A stretch of 64,000 bases of DNA from Malacoraja senta (lineage: Eukaryota): the NCBI GenBank assembly GCA_038087875.1, contig CM075991.1:5084001-5148000 (forward strand), read 5' to 3'. Positions within the stretch are counted from its first letter, which is position 1, and every line of letters begins with the position of its first letter. Both the position numbers and the translations under genes were made by a program. The notes under the pieces were generated by a model. That model did no database searches. It was given only the letters and a program-made list of their open reading frames with translations, and had not been told where the DNA came from. Shown here in pieces: positions 23,693 through 36,990 of this stretch.

Positions 23693-25185
23693 TCACTGGG
23701 AGGCCAATAATCTCTGATCTGATTGCGAAAAAACGAATCTGACTTCACCTTGATACGCATGTTAATAAAGGATCCATTGTACCATTGATGTGCAAGATGG
23801 TAAAAATAGTAGTGACGGAAGAAACTGCAGATGCCGGTTTACAACGAAGATAGACACAAAATGCTTGTGTAACTCAGCGGGTCAGGCAGCATCTCTGGAG
23901 AAAAGGAATGGGTGGCGTTCCGGGTTGAGACCTTTCTTCAGACTGAGTCAGGAGATAGAGAATCATATATTACAGGAACGTTAGGAATAGTAGATTACAC
24001 TAAGGCAGTCCAGAAGAGTCACCACACTTCGTCACCATTGTATACAATGGATACAACAACTTTGTTGAAAATAAATTTAAAGTTTTTAAAAATGTCGAGG
24101 GTTAAGTTGGCTGTAAAGGTCCGTTGTCCTGGCAGCGGTACTGGATCAGAATAACAGGATCGTCCCGGTCAAGAGATGTGGTCTTTGTTCTCCACCGCTG
24201 TTAGGTCGCTCTGTGCTGCTGCAGGCTATTTCCACTCCCCCATGCTTGGCCACTTGGAGGGGCGCCTGTTCTAATCGAGCCCCAGGCTGCTGCAGGGCCT
24301 CTGGCGGCCCACTCCACCGCTGCCTTGTCCTGGACACATCGACCCGGGATTGTGCCGTCCCTCGCCTCACCCGGCCACCACACAGCCTCCCACAGCTGAC
24401 CTCGGAACACCTAGAGCACCACTGAGGGCGCGGGTGGTAACGACCCAGCCCACTTACCGACATCTTTGTTTTCTTGCGCCTGCCACTGCCGCCATCTATG
24501 TCCATGAAATGTTAATGTTGCCAACACAATTTGCCAGAGGTATCCCTTCCACAAGTCAAGCAGGTGGAATAATTTAAACAAGATACCTACATTCCATGAA
24601 TGCCCATTAAACGTTACATCCCGGCATGGACACAAACTGCCAGCGTTGGTTATTCCTCAAACTCAAACGATGGTTAAAATAAAACCTATCCCGTTTTCTA
24701 TTTTGCAACTTTAATCATACATCCACTTTCATTTGTCCACCAACTAGACTTTCCAGATAATCTACCAGGTCATTCAACCCCACCATGGTAGAATAACGTT
24801 ATCCCTTCTTTGGAAGGATTCTCCAGTTAGTTAGGTTTAACGTCAAATAGTGTTCACTGATGAGGAGGGACATTCTAATGCTGGCTTAGCACCTGGGATT
24901 TAATAGGAACCTGAGGAGCAACTTTTTTATGCAAAGATTGGTAGGTATATGGAACTGCTGATCTGCTGGAGAGGGTAGTTGAGGCATGTACTATCACAGT
25001 TATTTAAAATATATATTTGGACAGGTACATGGATAGAATTGGTTTAGTGGGGTTTGGGGTCAAATGCAGGCAGGTGTGACTAGTGTAGATGGGGCACGTT
25101 GGTTGATGTGGGCAAGTTGGGCCGAAGGGCCTGTTTCCATGCTGTGTGACTCTATGACTATGACAAGCCAGATGGATTATTGAAG

Positions 25186-25545
25186 CTATAAAGTGCTGGA
25201 GTAACTCAGTGGGTCAGGCAGCAACTCCGGAAAACATGGACAGGCAACGTTTGTGTCGAGGCCCTTCTTCAAACTGATTGTAGATGGGGGGGGGGGGGGG
25301 GGAACTGGAAGATAGCTGGGGGGCAGAACAAAGACGAGTAAGTGATAAGGGGGTGGGGTTTGATTTGCAGATGGTTGGACAAAGGCCAGAGGTGAAAAGA
25401 CAAAAAGTATGAGGTTGGGGTAGAAGATGCGTGAAATGTGAAGCCAAAGGAATGTACTGTAGGTGGAAGGGGATGGGAGGAAAGGGAAAGGGAGAAATGG
25501 GTGCACAACCAGGTAAATTACAAGGAAGAGGGGGGGGGAGGGGGA
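25186..25545 (-). mobile_element. Penelope-like terminal repeat with upstream pyrimidine-rich 3' UTR
   Basis: Same unit as 6691-6815 on the minus strand, preceded by a C-rich UTR. Confidence 0.65.
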
Positions 25546-25956
25546 TTTGATTATTTTTGGACCTTTACCGTCATTTTTCTTTCACATGTTTTAGAAAACG
25601 GATAGGCTAGGTTTGTTTACCTAGAGCAAAGGAAACTGAGGGGAGATTAGAATGACATTGAAACGCAAAGAAGCTTTTCCCTATAATATCGAGGTCTGGA
25701 ACCAGAAGGCGTTGATTTAAGGTGAGGAGTAAGAAGGTTAAAGAGGATTTAATGAAATTTATCTCACCAAAAGTGTGGCTGCAATCTGGAAATCAATGCC
25801 TGAGAAGGTAATGGAAACATTTAAAAAGCATCTGCACAAGCACTTAAATCATCAAGGCAAAGAAGGCTGCAGGCTAATCGCTGGTAAATGAGATTAGTAT
25901 AGATGGGTACTTGATGGTTGGTATGGATATGGTGGCAACAGGGCCTGTTTCTGAGC

Positions 25957-26210
25957 TTTAGATTTTAGGGATACAGCACAGAAACAGGCCCTTTGGCATT
26001 CACCCATTACATTAGCATTATTTCACACACTAGGGGCAATTAAAATGTTTACTGAAGCCAATTAATCTACCTGTACGTCTTTCTGTGTAGGAGGAAACTG
26101 GAGCACCCGGAGAAAACCTACCCGGTCATAAACTCCATGTGGAGAGCATGCAGACAGGATCAAGCCCAGGTCTCTGGCACTGTAGGGCAGCAACTCTACC
26201 ACTGTGCTGT
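25957..26210 (-). mobile_element. V-SINE (HE1-like)
   Basis: V domain and GAAACAGGCCCT tail on the reverse strand. Confidence 0.8.
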
Positions 26211-26230
26211 GTGGCTCCATGACTCTATAT

Positions 26231-26419
26231 GGGCCCGTCCCACTTAGGCGATTTTTTTGGCGACTACAGGCGACTGTCGCAAAATTTTCCACATGTTGAA
26301 AAATTCTCGCCGGCAGTGCTGTCGTAGGTTGACGTTGGTTGTCGCCAGGTGTCGTAGGTTCATTCAATTAAAACTAGTCCCTGGCAGTCGCCTAAAAAGT
26401 CACCTACGTGGGACAGGCC
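26231..26419. mobile_element. MITE, probably PIF/Harbinger-type
   Basis: ~33-bp imperfect TIRs GGCCCGTCCCACTTAGGCGATTTTTTTGGCGAC / GTCGCCTAAAAAGTCACCTACGTGGGACAGGCC; internal GTCG-rich subrepeats; no clear TSD. Confidence 0.7.
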
Positions 26420-26926
26420 AACCCACAGATACATCAACAGGATATTCACACAAAAGAAAAATCTCAAGAACACAAAAAGAAATATTGTTTTCTTTGCACT
26501 CTAGTTTTTAGTTCTTTTTTTAAATGGAGAAGGGGAGAAAAGTCAGTTTGATTAATCAGGTTGATAAGAGACAAAAGCTCGTGATGAAACATGCCATTGT
26601 TGATACTCTTTCACTGAGGCTTTGTGTTCCCATGTATGTGGTGGGATGTGCCTTACTTTAAGGCGGTAACTGGAAAATTGTGCTGTCCACAGTGATTTAA
26701 TCTCACTTTATTTAACTGATTACTTTGCATCAAATTACATCAACAATACAAATGTAGGCCATTCAGCCCATTGGATCTGTGCTGGTAGGTTAGGTCCCTC
26801 ACAAACCACTTCCCACACAACATCAGAGTTAGGTCCTTGATGTCTTTTAATCCCCTTGTGTTTACTCAGTTTTTCTTTAACTGCTTCCCCACAGTTTGTC
26901 TCACTAATCCTTTTGGGAGCAAATTA

Positions 26927-27271
26927 GGTTTAGTTTAGTTTAGTTTAATTTAAGGAAACAGCGCGGAAACAGGCCCTCCGGCCCACCGAGTCCACACCGA
27001 CCGGCGACCCCCGCATATTAACACTATCCTACATACACTAGGGAAAATGTACACATACATACATAATTTACACATACATTATTTATACAAGACAATTAAC
27101 CTCCAAACCTGTACGTCTTTGGAGTGTTGGAGGAAGATGTCAGAGAAAACCCACGCGGTCACGGGGAGAATGTACAAACTCTGTACAGACAGCACTCGTA
27201 GTCGGGATCGAACCGGGGTCTCCGGCGCTGCAACCGCTGTAAGGCAGCAACTCTACCGCTGTGCCACCGCA
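26927..27271 (-). mobile_element. V-SINE (HE1-like), near full length
   Basis: (GTTTA)n tail, V domain and tRNA-like head. Confidence 0.9.
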
Positions 27272-27301
27272 CTACCCTAAGGTCATAAGGTCATAAGTGA
27301 T

Positions 27302-27606
27302 AGTTTAGAGATACAGCACGGAAACAGGCCCTTCGGCCCACCAAGCCCACACCAACCAGCGATCTCCGCACATTCACACTATCCTACTACTAGGGACAGT
27401 TTATACATACACCAAGCCAATTAACCTACACACCCGTACGTCTTTGGAGTGTGGGAGGATACCAAAGATCTCGGAGAAAACCCACGCGGTCACCGGGAGA
27501 ACATACAAACTCCGTACAGACAGCGGCCGTAGTCGGGGATGAACACCAGGTCTCCGGCACTGCAAGCGCTGTAAGGCAGCAACTCTACCACTGCGCCACC
27601 GTGCCA
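27302..27606 (-). mobile_element. V-SINE nested in a CR1 3' tail
   Basis: CR1 tail TAAGGTCATAAGTGATAG resumes as AGCAGAATTAGGCCATT after the SINE. Confidence 0.88.
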
Positions 27607-28204
27607 AAGCAGAATTAGGCCATTTAGCCCATCAAGCCATTCAATCATGTCTGATCCATCTCTCCCTCCTAACCCCATTCTCCTGCCTTCTCAGTTCAGT
27701 TTACAGTTTAGTTTATTGTCATGTGTACCTAGGTACAGCGAGAAGCTTTTGTTGCATGCGAACCAGACCCAATTCCTCATCATCAACATTCTCTGCGTCA
27801 AAAGGTTTCTCCTGAATGCCACAAATTATTATTTTTTGATGACATGCTGATGTACCTCTGGTTCTGGCTTTTGATCAGACAGGAAGTATTTTCTCTATCT
27901 CCATTCAAAGTAAAGACGTCTATCAAGTGAACCATTCAACCATTTTCATTTTTTTAAACCCCGTCTGTTCAATTCTGGATGCATGATAACAGAGTAGATA
28001 CATTATTCAAATTGAAAGTTTTGATGAACCACCTCCTGATAAGAGTTCAATTTCCATGGGTGAAATTGAATTTCATTTAATTCCAGAAATGTTTAGAACA
28101 CTAATAACAGTAATAGTAAACACAAATATACCACATTGACATTGACTAGTTCAATTACGCCATTTGAAAAATATATTTTGCCATCTTTCTGTGGTTTAAT
28201 TAAT

Positions 28205-28516
28205 TCAGTTTAGTTTAGTTGACAGATACAGCATGGAAACGGGCCCTTTGGCCCACAGGGTCCGTGCCGACCAGCGATCTCCGCACACTAACACCATCCT
28301 ACACAAACTAAGGACAAATTACAATTTTACCACGCCAATTAGCCTACATACCAGTATGCTATTGGAGTGTCGAAGGAAACCGGAGCACCCGGAGAAAACC
28401 CACGCAGGTCAAGGGGAGAACGTACAAACTCCATACAGACAGCACCTGCAGTCAGGATTGAACCCAGGTCTCTGGTGCTGTAAAGTTGTAGCTCTACCGC
28501 TACGCCATCGTGCCAC
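28205..28516 (-). mobile_element. V-SINE (HE1-like)
   Basis: Tail, V domain and head all present. Confidence 0.88.
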
Positions 28517-28525
28517 CTGTCTTTC

Positions 28526-28973
28526 CATGGTCCAAGGCTGTATTTGACTCCAGTTACAGAGCAATGGCGTTGAGTCGAGACTGCTCTTTGAAATGACCAA
28601 TCAATTTGAGGACAATTAATGATGGACAATAACATTGGATTGTTCCCTCTGAAGCATGGGAGATTGAGGAAAGACATGATAGAAGTATATAACATTAAGA
28701 GAGGCATTGGTAGGGTACATCGAAACCCTTATCCCAGTGTAGAAATGTCAAAGACTAGAGGGCATACCCTTAAAGTCAACGGGAATAAAGCTTATGGGGA
28801 AAGACAAATGGGGAATGTTTTTGATATGGAGCGATGCTTCAGAGAGAACAATCCAATGTTGTTATCCATCATTAATTGTCCTCAAATTTGATGATGCGTT
28901 TAGTCATTTCAAAGAGCAGTTTAGACTCAATGCCATTGTTCTGTATCTGGAGTCAAATATAGCCTGGAACATG
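28526..28973. repeat. Local inverted repeat, arms 28526-28657 and 28834-28973
   Basis: ATTTGAGGACAATTAATGATGGA is mirrored by TCCATCATTAATTGTCCTCAAAT, with alignment along the whole arms. Confidence 0.9.
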
Positions 28974-30899
28974 CTGGCAGGGGGTGGTGGTTGAGGCAAA
29001 TGTGATCATGGTGTTTAAATAGGCAAATGGATGTGCAGGGAATGGAGGGATGTGGATCAGATGCAGACAGGGAAGATGATTTGAACTTGGCGTCATGTTG
29101 AGCACAGACATTGTCGGCCAAAGCCCCTGTTCCTTTGTGTAGGAAGAAACTGCAGATGCTGGTTGATACCGAAAATAGACACAAAGTGCAGGAGTAACTC
29201 AGGCAACATCTCTGGAGAAAAAGGACGGGTGACGTTTCGGGTCGGGACCCTTCTTCAGACCTGTTCCTTTGCCGTATATCCCAAATTCTATGTTTTCAAT
29301 GTTAACCTCAGCAGTAAAACATGTATTCTGTCAGCGAAGGAAGGAAAAAAAAAGTGCCTCTCCATGATTCCGATCAGTAGCAGCGAAAGCGAAGCGTGCT
29401 GCAGATAAGGTGGTTCTTTTATTTTGGATTCCCAACATGTATTTGCTTGACCAGGGCTACAGAAATACACTCGATGCTGACTGAGATACCAAAAAGGCTC
29501 GAACTCTGTATGACTCCACAAATTACTTCAAGGAAGGAGAGCTTGTCAACGGGCAAGACTTAACCTGCCGGCCAGTGCACCAAGTCAACTTCAAAAGCAC
29601 ATAGGTATGGGGAAGCAGGTGAAGATATTATTATCATTCCATCAGCACTTCTTCCTACATTAATGGTGAGAAGGCTGCTTTAACAATCTTCAAAAACATT
29701 CAAGACATGTATACGAAGAACATTTTTTCGAAATGGGACATTGGGGAATATGCCTGTCATGTTGGCCGCGGGAATTTTTTCTTCAGGATTAGTTCCTCCC
29801 CCCATTCTGTCTTCTGCAGCTGACGGGTTTCTCTGCTGTCTTTTCGAGGTATATTTTGGGACAGAGTTGAATGACGCACGCTCAGCACAAATCAAGGTTC
29901 AGGTACCGCGTGACACTATTTTCAAACCAAATAATAATTGCTGAGTAAATTGACCAAGATTGATGATGTGATGGGCTGGGGAAAAAAATAGGGTAAATGC
30001 GGGCCATATGTGGATGTCGAAGGTTGTGCAAACAAGGAAACCGGAGTTTTAACAATGACAAATGCTACCAGCATTTCGGTTGAGCTGATACTGTTACAGT
30101 CTTTTTTCTTGTAAAGTTAAGCTCGGTACATTGGTTTGCATGCTGCCTTTTCTATTATCCCATTGCTTGCTTGTTACTCAGCTGTCCTTGGACAAATGCA
30201 TGTCTTGCCAGGGCTATAATAGGCATTTCAATCCAGCACTTCGCTGGAAGATAGACCAATATAAATGGCTTCTGAACGAATGCACGTTGCAAGAGTTATG
30301 GATGCAATGAGTAACTGGCCTTCGACGCCCAGCATTTCCATGCATTAGATTATCTCCAGATTAATAAATTAATGCAGGTCTTGTCCCCCTTTTTAATCAC
30401 TCATTTCCGGGATGTCGTTGGCAAGTCCAGAGCGGCTGGCTAGGCCATTTCAGAATCAGAGGGGAGTTTCAAGTTAACCACATCCTGGTGGGCCTGAGGT
30501 CACATGTTATCTGGACGTGTAGGTGATAGACTTTAGTTTAGTTTAGTTTAGCTTAGAGAAACAACATGGAAACAGGATCTTACTTCTGCAGAACTTTAAG
30601 ATGCTTAATAAAATGTCACAGATCATTGAAACAGCTTCTTCCCCTCTGTATCAGGCTTCTAAATTATCCTTCCATAGGATAGGGTACTATCCAATTCACC
30701 TTTATCTCATTGTGGACATTAGACTCTGTCTCTGAAACTGTTGCTCTACAATGCTAGGAACTATATTCTGCAGTCTCTATCTTTCCCTTTGCTCTCCCTG
30801 TTATACTTGAGTTTGAATCGATTGCATTGATGTATTGTATTATCTCAATTGTTTGGATAGTAAGGAAAACAAAGCTTTTCACAGTACCCCGGTACACAT

Positions 30900-31555
30900 A
30901 GAAAGCTTTTTATCGGGTTGCATCACGGCATGGTTTGGGATCAATGTGGTTTGGGATCAATATCCATGACCGCAAGAAATTGCAGAAAATTGTGGATTCA
31001 GAGCAGACCATCACACAAAACCAACCTCACTTCTATTGACTCCATTTACACCTCACACTACCCTGGCTTGGCCACTAGCATAATCAAGGACCACTCGCAC
31101 CACAGCCACTCCCTCTTCTCCACTCTCCCATCAGGCAAAAGGTATATAAGTGAGGAAAATGCACACCTCCAGATTCAGGGACAGTTTCTTCCCAGCTGTT
31201 ATCAGGCAACTGAACCATTCTAACAACAACTAGAGGGAAGTCCTGAACGACTATCTACCTCTTTGGGGACCTTGATCGGACTTTGAAAGTAGGCAAAAAT
31301 GCTGGAGAAACTCAGCGGGTGAGGCAGCATCTATGGAGCGAAGGAAATAGGCAACATTTCGGGTCGAAACCCTTCTTCAGTGATCGGACTTTACTGGCTT
31401 TCTCTTGCACTAAACATTGTTCACGTTATTTGTTTATCATGTATCTGTACACTGTGGATGGTCCGATTGTAATCATGTCTTTCCGCTGACTAATTAGTAC
31501 GCAACAAAAACTTTTCACTGTACCTCGGAACGTGTTACAATAAACTAAACTAAAC
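30900..31555 (+). mobile_element. Rex1/Babar LINE 3' remnant containing a PLE unit (31285-31380, TSD TGATCGGACTTT)
   Basis: ES.LSGCITAWFG, DRKKLQKIV, SIDSIYTS, IIKDHSH.SHSLFS.LPSGKRY; (TAAAC)n tail. Confidence 0.85.
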
Positions 31556-33289
31556 ATGTTAATAATAATCCTAAACTAATCGGAAAATAGGGTTTAAGTG
31601 GAGGCCTTAAGCCTGATTCACTTAAGGATCAAAAAGGAATAAAAAACACTGACCATTCCTGGAAAATCCGTGCTGATCCCACAATGGGTGTGGGTGGCTG
31701 TCACTGTTACAGGTTGCCGATGATATGAAATCTTCCCGAAGAGAAAAGAGTGGACCTCAGAGAGAGGTGGACAGTGGGGTAAATGTTCAAACTAATGATA
31801 TCTTGTTTGTTCGGCCTCCTAGGACCATGGGTGAGCAGAACAAATACATGAGAGGCAGCATTGGAGTGTCTCAGCCTTCACCCGCACACACCACTCAGGA
31901 GGGGACTCAGCACATGTTCATTCCAGTGGAGCAATTAGGCCGAAGAGCGACATTCCTGTCTGAATTATGTGAAGAATTTTCAGCAGACAGGATCCAAGAA
32001 TATTACCTCACTTGTACAGGGCTTCAATTTTTCTTCAAGTCTGCAATTGAACCTAGTGCACGCATGAAGGCAAAAATGTATCAACAGTCGGTGATGAAAG
32101 CGTCGCAATTAGCTTCATACCAGAAAAAGTCTCATTCTAAGGCACTGAAGCCAGATTTTACATAGCTATCAAAGGATCAGGGCTCTGCAGGAACTGGAGC
32201 AGTTAGTTCACTGGAGAATACTTTCATGCTTTGCTGCCTGATGAGTTCCTATTTTGGTTTATGCTATTTTCATTCATTAATCCTTCCTTCTTGGATAATT
32301 TTAGATCGTAATCCAAGTGGGTATATTGAGATGGGAAGCTGCAAGAACGTGCCAATGGATAATCACGAATCGTAGAGGGTGGGAATTTGAGATCCTCATT
32401 AAGACCGAACAACAAAGATGGATACAAAATGCTGGAGTAATTCAGCGGGCCAGGCAGCATCCCTGGAGGGAAGGAATGGGTAACATTCGGTCAAGACCTA
32501 TGTCCTCTGATTCTCAGTTCCTCTAATCTGGGGAAAAGACTGCATTTACATCATATGTGAGGAATGTATGATTTTGTGCACCTCTATAAGATCACCCCTT
32601 ATTCTCCTGCGCTCCAAGAAATAAGGTCCTACCCTGCTCATCCTCTTTCTATACCTCAGTTCCACTCTCAATCCTAATTTCAGTTTAATAATGAATGACA
32701 GACCATGCGTGAAGGTTACACCGTCTTATTCACCACATCATTTGTAGCTCTATATCGATTCCAAGTGCTTTTCAAGTCTTCAGTCTGAAGAAGGGTCTCA
32801 ACCTGAAATGTCACCCGTTCCTTCTCTCCAGAGACGTTGAGGTACTCGAGCATTTTGTGTCTATCTTCGGTGTAAACCAGTATCTGCAGTTCCTTCCCGC
32901 ACAAGAACAAAACAACATCCATTTATATTGCACCTTAATCACATCAAAGACATCAAAAAGGCATGAGACAGGAGAGTGAGGGAACAAAAATAAATGTTAA
33001 ACCGCAAAAGGAAATATCAAGGGCTGAAAGATTAACAAACAGCTGTCTTCAGTAGCTAAGGGTCTGGTCCCCTGCAGTGAAGTGATTACATTTAAGGAAT
33101 ACAATTAAGACAAATTTGGTGCAGGACGAGATCAGAGAAGGTTTGAGAATTGGAGATGGTCACCGTGATAAGGAAGGAAGGATTTTAAAATCTAGTTTTT
33201 TGCACTTGGAATCAATATAGAGCTATAAATAATGGGTGAATGGGACGTTGAGACCTCACACATGGTCTGTCATTATTAAACTGAAATTA

Positions 33290-33620
33290 GGATTGGAGTG
33301 GAACTGCGCTACAGGGAGAGGTTGAGCAGGCTAGGACTTTATTTCTTGCAGGGCAGGAGAATGAGAGGTGATATTATAAAGGTGTACAAAATATGAGAGG
33401 AATAGGTGGTGTCCAGAATAGGGGAATCAACAACGAGATGAATAAGGTTTAAGGTGAGGGGGGAAAGATTTAATAGGAACCTGAAGGGTAACTTTTTTAC
33501 TCAAAGGATCGTGGGTGTATGGAACTGGTTGCCCGAGCAGGTAGTTCAGGCAGGTACACGCAACGTTTAAGAAACATTTAGACAGGTACATGGATAGGAT
33601 AGGTTAGAGGGGATAGACAC
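33290..33620 (+). mobile_element. Old CR1 3' fragment
   Basis: GGAAAGATTTAATAGGAACCTGAAGGGTAACTTTTT block shared with other copies in the window. Confidence 0.8.
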
Positions 33621-33865
33621 AAGTGGCCGTAGTCTGGTGTGGGAATGTGGCCTGAAGCTCAATTTGGACTCAAATATGACACCGAGTTTGCAAATAAAAG
33701 TGTCAAAGTTGTTGTGCAGTGAATAGGGACATTAAATGAAGGAAGCTGCTTACAATTCTTGAAAAGCAAAAAATGTCAAATAAAAACAATAAACGGTGAA
33801 GATATTCAGTGGGTGAACTTGCATCATGTGCAACTAGTAACTTTTCTATTTTAGATTTATACCAG

Positions 33866-34442
33866 ACTAGACTAAGTGGGACACGTTGGGTCCCAGCATC
33901 ACATGGGAGGGCTGGACCCCAACACAATATTCCATCTCTCCACCAATTTCAATATTGCTGGCCAGTGGGGGGGGGGGGGGGCTTTCTGGAGCGCTAGTAT
34001 GGGTGTTGTGGGCCAGAGGGACTGGTTTCCAGACCACATAAAACCACATAAAACCACATAAAGCACATAAAGGGCACTCACTGTTCAGTAGACACTCAGT
34101 GTTGTGTAGATTCCCAGCTCAGACTGAGAGTCGTGGCCTCTCCCTCACCATCTTACAGCAACTGAGCCACGTCCAGACTCCCGGGTTTTATAGTCCCTCC
34201 CCCCTGGAAGGGACGTGGCCTTCATTGCGGTGATTGACAGGAGAGTGTATCTCAAATATTTTAAAACACTAATAACTCTTCTATTTTTCATCGATGGGAA
34301 AATTCCTCAGGGCCTGATCATCGGAGGAGGACTCTGAGTAAGATGGCCAAAAAATCACACCATATATGGTAGCGTTTTTTTCAAAAATCAAACAACAGCG
34401 CAAATAGGAAGTGGTCGAGTTGGGAATTTAAATTATATAGAT
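33866..34442 (+). mobile_element. Helentron/HINE-like non-autonomous element
   Basis: Starts ACTAGACTA with a GGGAC..GTCCC hairpin, has a subterminal inverted partner TGGTCGAGT at 34412-34420, ends TTATATAGAT; internal 10-bp tandem repeat. Confidence 0.5.
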
Positions 34443-34486
34443 AGTGAGATAGTGAGATATGCGACTTGCCCGATAGGTTGAAAAAA

Positions 34487-34770
34487 GGGGTGGCACACTG
34501 GTGCAGCCTTATAGTGCCAGAGATCCAGATTCGATCATGACTACAGGTGCTGTCTGTACAGTGTTTATACGTGACTGCGTGGGCTTTCTTCGGTTGCTCC
34601 GGTTTCCTCCCACACTCCAAAGATGTAAAGGTTTAGAGGTCAATGGGCTTCAGTAAAATTGTAAATTGTCCCTAGTGTTACTGTGTTAGTGCACAGGGTG
34701 AACGCGGGTCAGAGCAGACTTGGTGGGCCGAAGGGCCTGCTCCCACCCTGTATCTCTAAAGTCTAATGTC
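34487..34770 (+). mobile_element. V-SINE (HE1-like)
   Basis: GCTCCGGTTTCCTCCCACACTCCAAAGA and GGGCCGAAGGGCCTG tail. Confidence 0.85.
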
Positions 34771-34789
34771 TAAAGGATTAAATTGACAG

Positions 34790-35023
34790 AGGTGTAGGCA
34801 AGAACTGCAGATGCTGGTTTAAATCGAAGATTAACACAAAATGTTGGAGTGACTCAGTGGGACGGGCAGCATCTCTGGAGAGAAGGAATGGGTGATGTTT
34901 CGGGTCGAGACCCTTCTTCAGGTCTGAGGAAGTGTCTTGACCCGAAACATCACCCATTCCTCCTCTCCAGAGATGCTGCCCGTCCCACTGAGTTACTCCA
35001 GCATTTTGTGTCTGTATTCGATT
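34790..35023. mobile_element. PLE-derived inverted dimer
   Basis: Palindrome centred near 34920; TSD TTAAATTGACA. Confidence 0.8.
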
Positions 35024-35546
35024 TTAAATTGACATAGGTGAAGCATTTCCAACAAGCCTTTCACCTGGACCCAGAATCATAAAAGCCTTCAACATAGTTA
35101 AAGCCATTTCGCCCATTGCATGACATACAGCACAGAAAGAAGCCCTTCTGACCAACAAGCACATATTGACCATCAATCTCCCATATTTACACAAACACAT
35201 AGATATAACGCCAGCTGCTTCCAAGGATTCAGGTAAGTATTCAGGGCTATAATCTAATTAAGTGGCATCATGGCCTCGTACCAATTCGCAAACTGCTCTA
35301 GGAATCTTCACCCAGTCTGTTTTAGAGTCATTGAGCATGAAAGCAGGTCTTGGGGTCCAACATCCATGTCGATCAGTGGGCATCCATCCATAATAAGCCC
35401 CTCTGCCACCATTTGGCCTGTAGCTCTCGGTTGAGATGGCTCAAGTACTTGTCTGGATACTTAAATGTAATCAGTAACTCTGCTTCCACTGCCTTCTCAT
35501 GCAGTGCATTCCAGGTACTCACGACTCTCTGGGTGATAAGGTTCAG

Positions 35547-36318
35547 GTTTGGGTTTATTATTATTACCTGTACCAAAGTACAGTGAAAAGCTTTGATTTG
35601 CATGCTATCGAAACCGCTCAGATATCCCATACATCAATACAATCAAGTCAGACTAAAGTACAATCGGTGGAGCAAAGTGAAGATAGATTGTTGATTAGTA
35701 AGGGTATAAAAGATTATGGAGAGAAGGCAGGAGAATGGGGTTGTAAAGAAAAATAGATCAGCCATGATTGAATAGGCTTGATGGGCTGAATGGCCTAATT
35801 CTGCTCTTTTGTCTAATGGTCATGGTCTTATGGAAATATACAGAGTGCAGAATATAGTTCTCAGCATTGTCATGCAACAGTTCCAGAGACAAAGTCCAAT
35901 GTCTGCAATGTGGTCGATGTAAATCAGACTGTGCCCTAACTTACGGCATGACTGTTCAGAAGCCTGATAACAGAGGGGAAGAGGCTATACTTAGGCCTGG
36001 TGTCGGGCACTTTCAAGTTTCTGTACCTTCTGCCCAACCGGGCAAGGTTGATTAAATTGGCTGCTTTTCTGAGGCAGCGTGAAGTGTGGATGGAGTCAAC
36101 GAAGGGGAGTCTAGTCTGTGTGATTCTGGACTTGGCTACATCTATAACTCTGCAATTTCTTGTGGGCTTGGGCGGAGCTGCTCCCAAACCTCGCTGTGTG
36201 GAGGACTTGGTGCACCTTCTTGGCTGTCACATCAATGTGGTTAGTCCACGACAGATCATTGATAATATTATTGCCAAGAAATTTGAAGTTCTCAACCATT
36301 TCCACTTCCGAACCATTG
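35547..36318 (-). mobile_element. Rex1/Babar LINE 3' remnant with internal deletions and a nested CR1 tail
   Basis: VENFKFLG..I.NDLSWTNHID..AKK, DSIHTSRCLRKAA, GRRYRNLK..TRPKYSLFPSVIRLLN. Confidence 0.85.
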
Positions 36319-36469
36319 ATAAAGTTGTCCCTCAGATCCCATATAAATCGCTTAGCTCCTACCTAAATTTAAGTCTTTTAGTTATGTTCAACTTTGATGG
36401 GCCGAATGGCCTCATTCTACCTTATGAAATTGGCCCAGAGTTGCCAGACTTTCCTTTCATTGTAAATTT

Positions 36470-36990
36470 TTGTTTAGAGTTTAAAGATACAGTGTGGAAG
36501 CAGTTTAAGAAGGAACTGCAGATGCTGGAAAATCGAAGGTGGACAAAAGTGCTGGAGAAACTCAGCGGGTGCAGCAGCATCTATGGAGCGAAGGAAATAG
36601 GCAACGTTTCGGGCCGAAACGTTGAAGGAGGGTTTCGGCCCAAAACGTTGCCTATTTCCTTCGCTCCATAGATGCTGCTGCACCCGCTGAGTTTCTCCAG
36701 CACTTTTGTCTACCAGTGTGGAAGCAGGCCCTTCGGCCCACCGAGTCTGCACCAACCAGGAATCACCCCATATACTAGAGCTATCCTACACACTAGGGAT
36801 ATTTTTCAACTTTTTTAGCAAAGCCTATTAACCTCTAAACCTGTACATCTACGGAGTGTGCGAGGAAACTGGAGCACCCGGAGAAATTCCATATGGTCAC
36901 AGGGAGAACGCAATCACTCTGCACAGACAGCACCCATAGTCAGGATCGAATCCGGGTCTCTGGTGCTGTAAGTCAGTAACTCGACCGTAC
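36470..36990 (-). mobile_element. V-SINE with a PLE inverted dimer (36504-36713) inserted in its tail
   Basis: 14-bp TSD CAGTGTGGAAGCAG at 36490-36503 and 36714-36727. Confidence 0.85.

Noticed and set aside
29376..29405. TAGCAGCG start resembling a miR-15/503 seed
   Set aside because: No ~60-nt precursor hairpin and the remainder does not match.
31725..32165. 146-aa ORF in non-repetitive sequence
   Set aside because: No recognisable motif or convincing exon structure; this length is attainable by chance.
36000..36671. 223-aa plus-strand ORF
   Set aside because: It runs across antisense Rex1, CR1 scraps, a V-SINE tail and a PLE unit, so it is a chimeric artefact.
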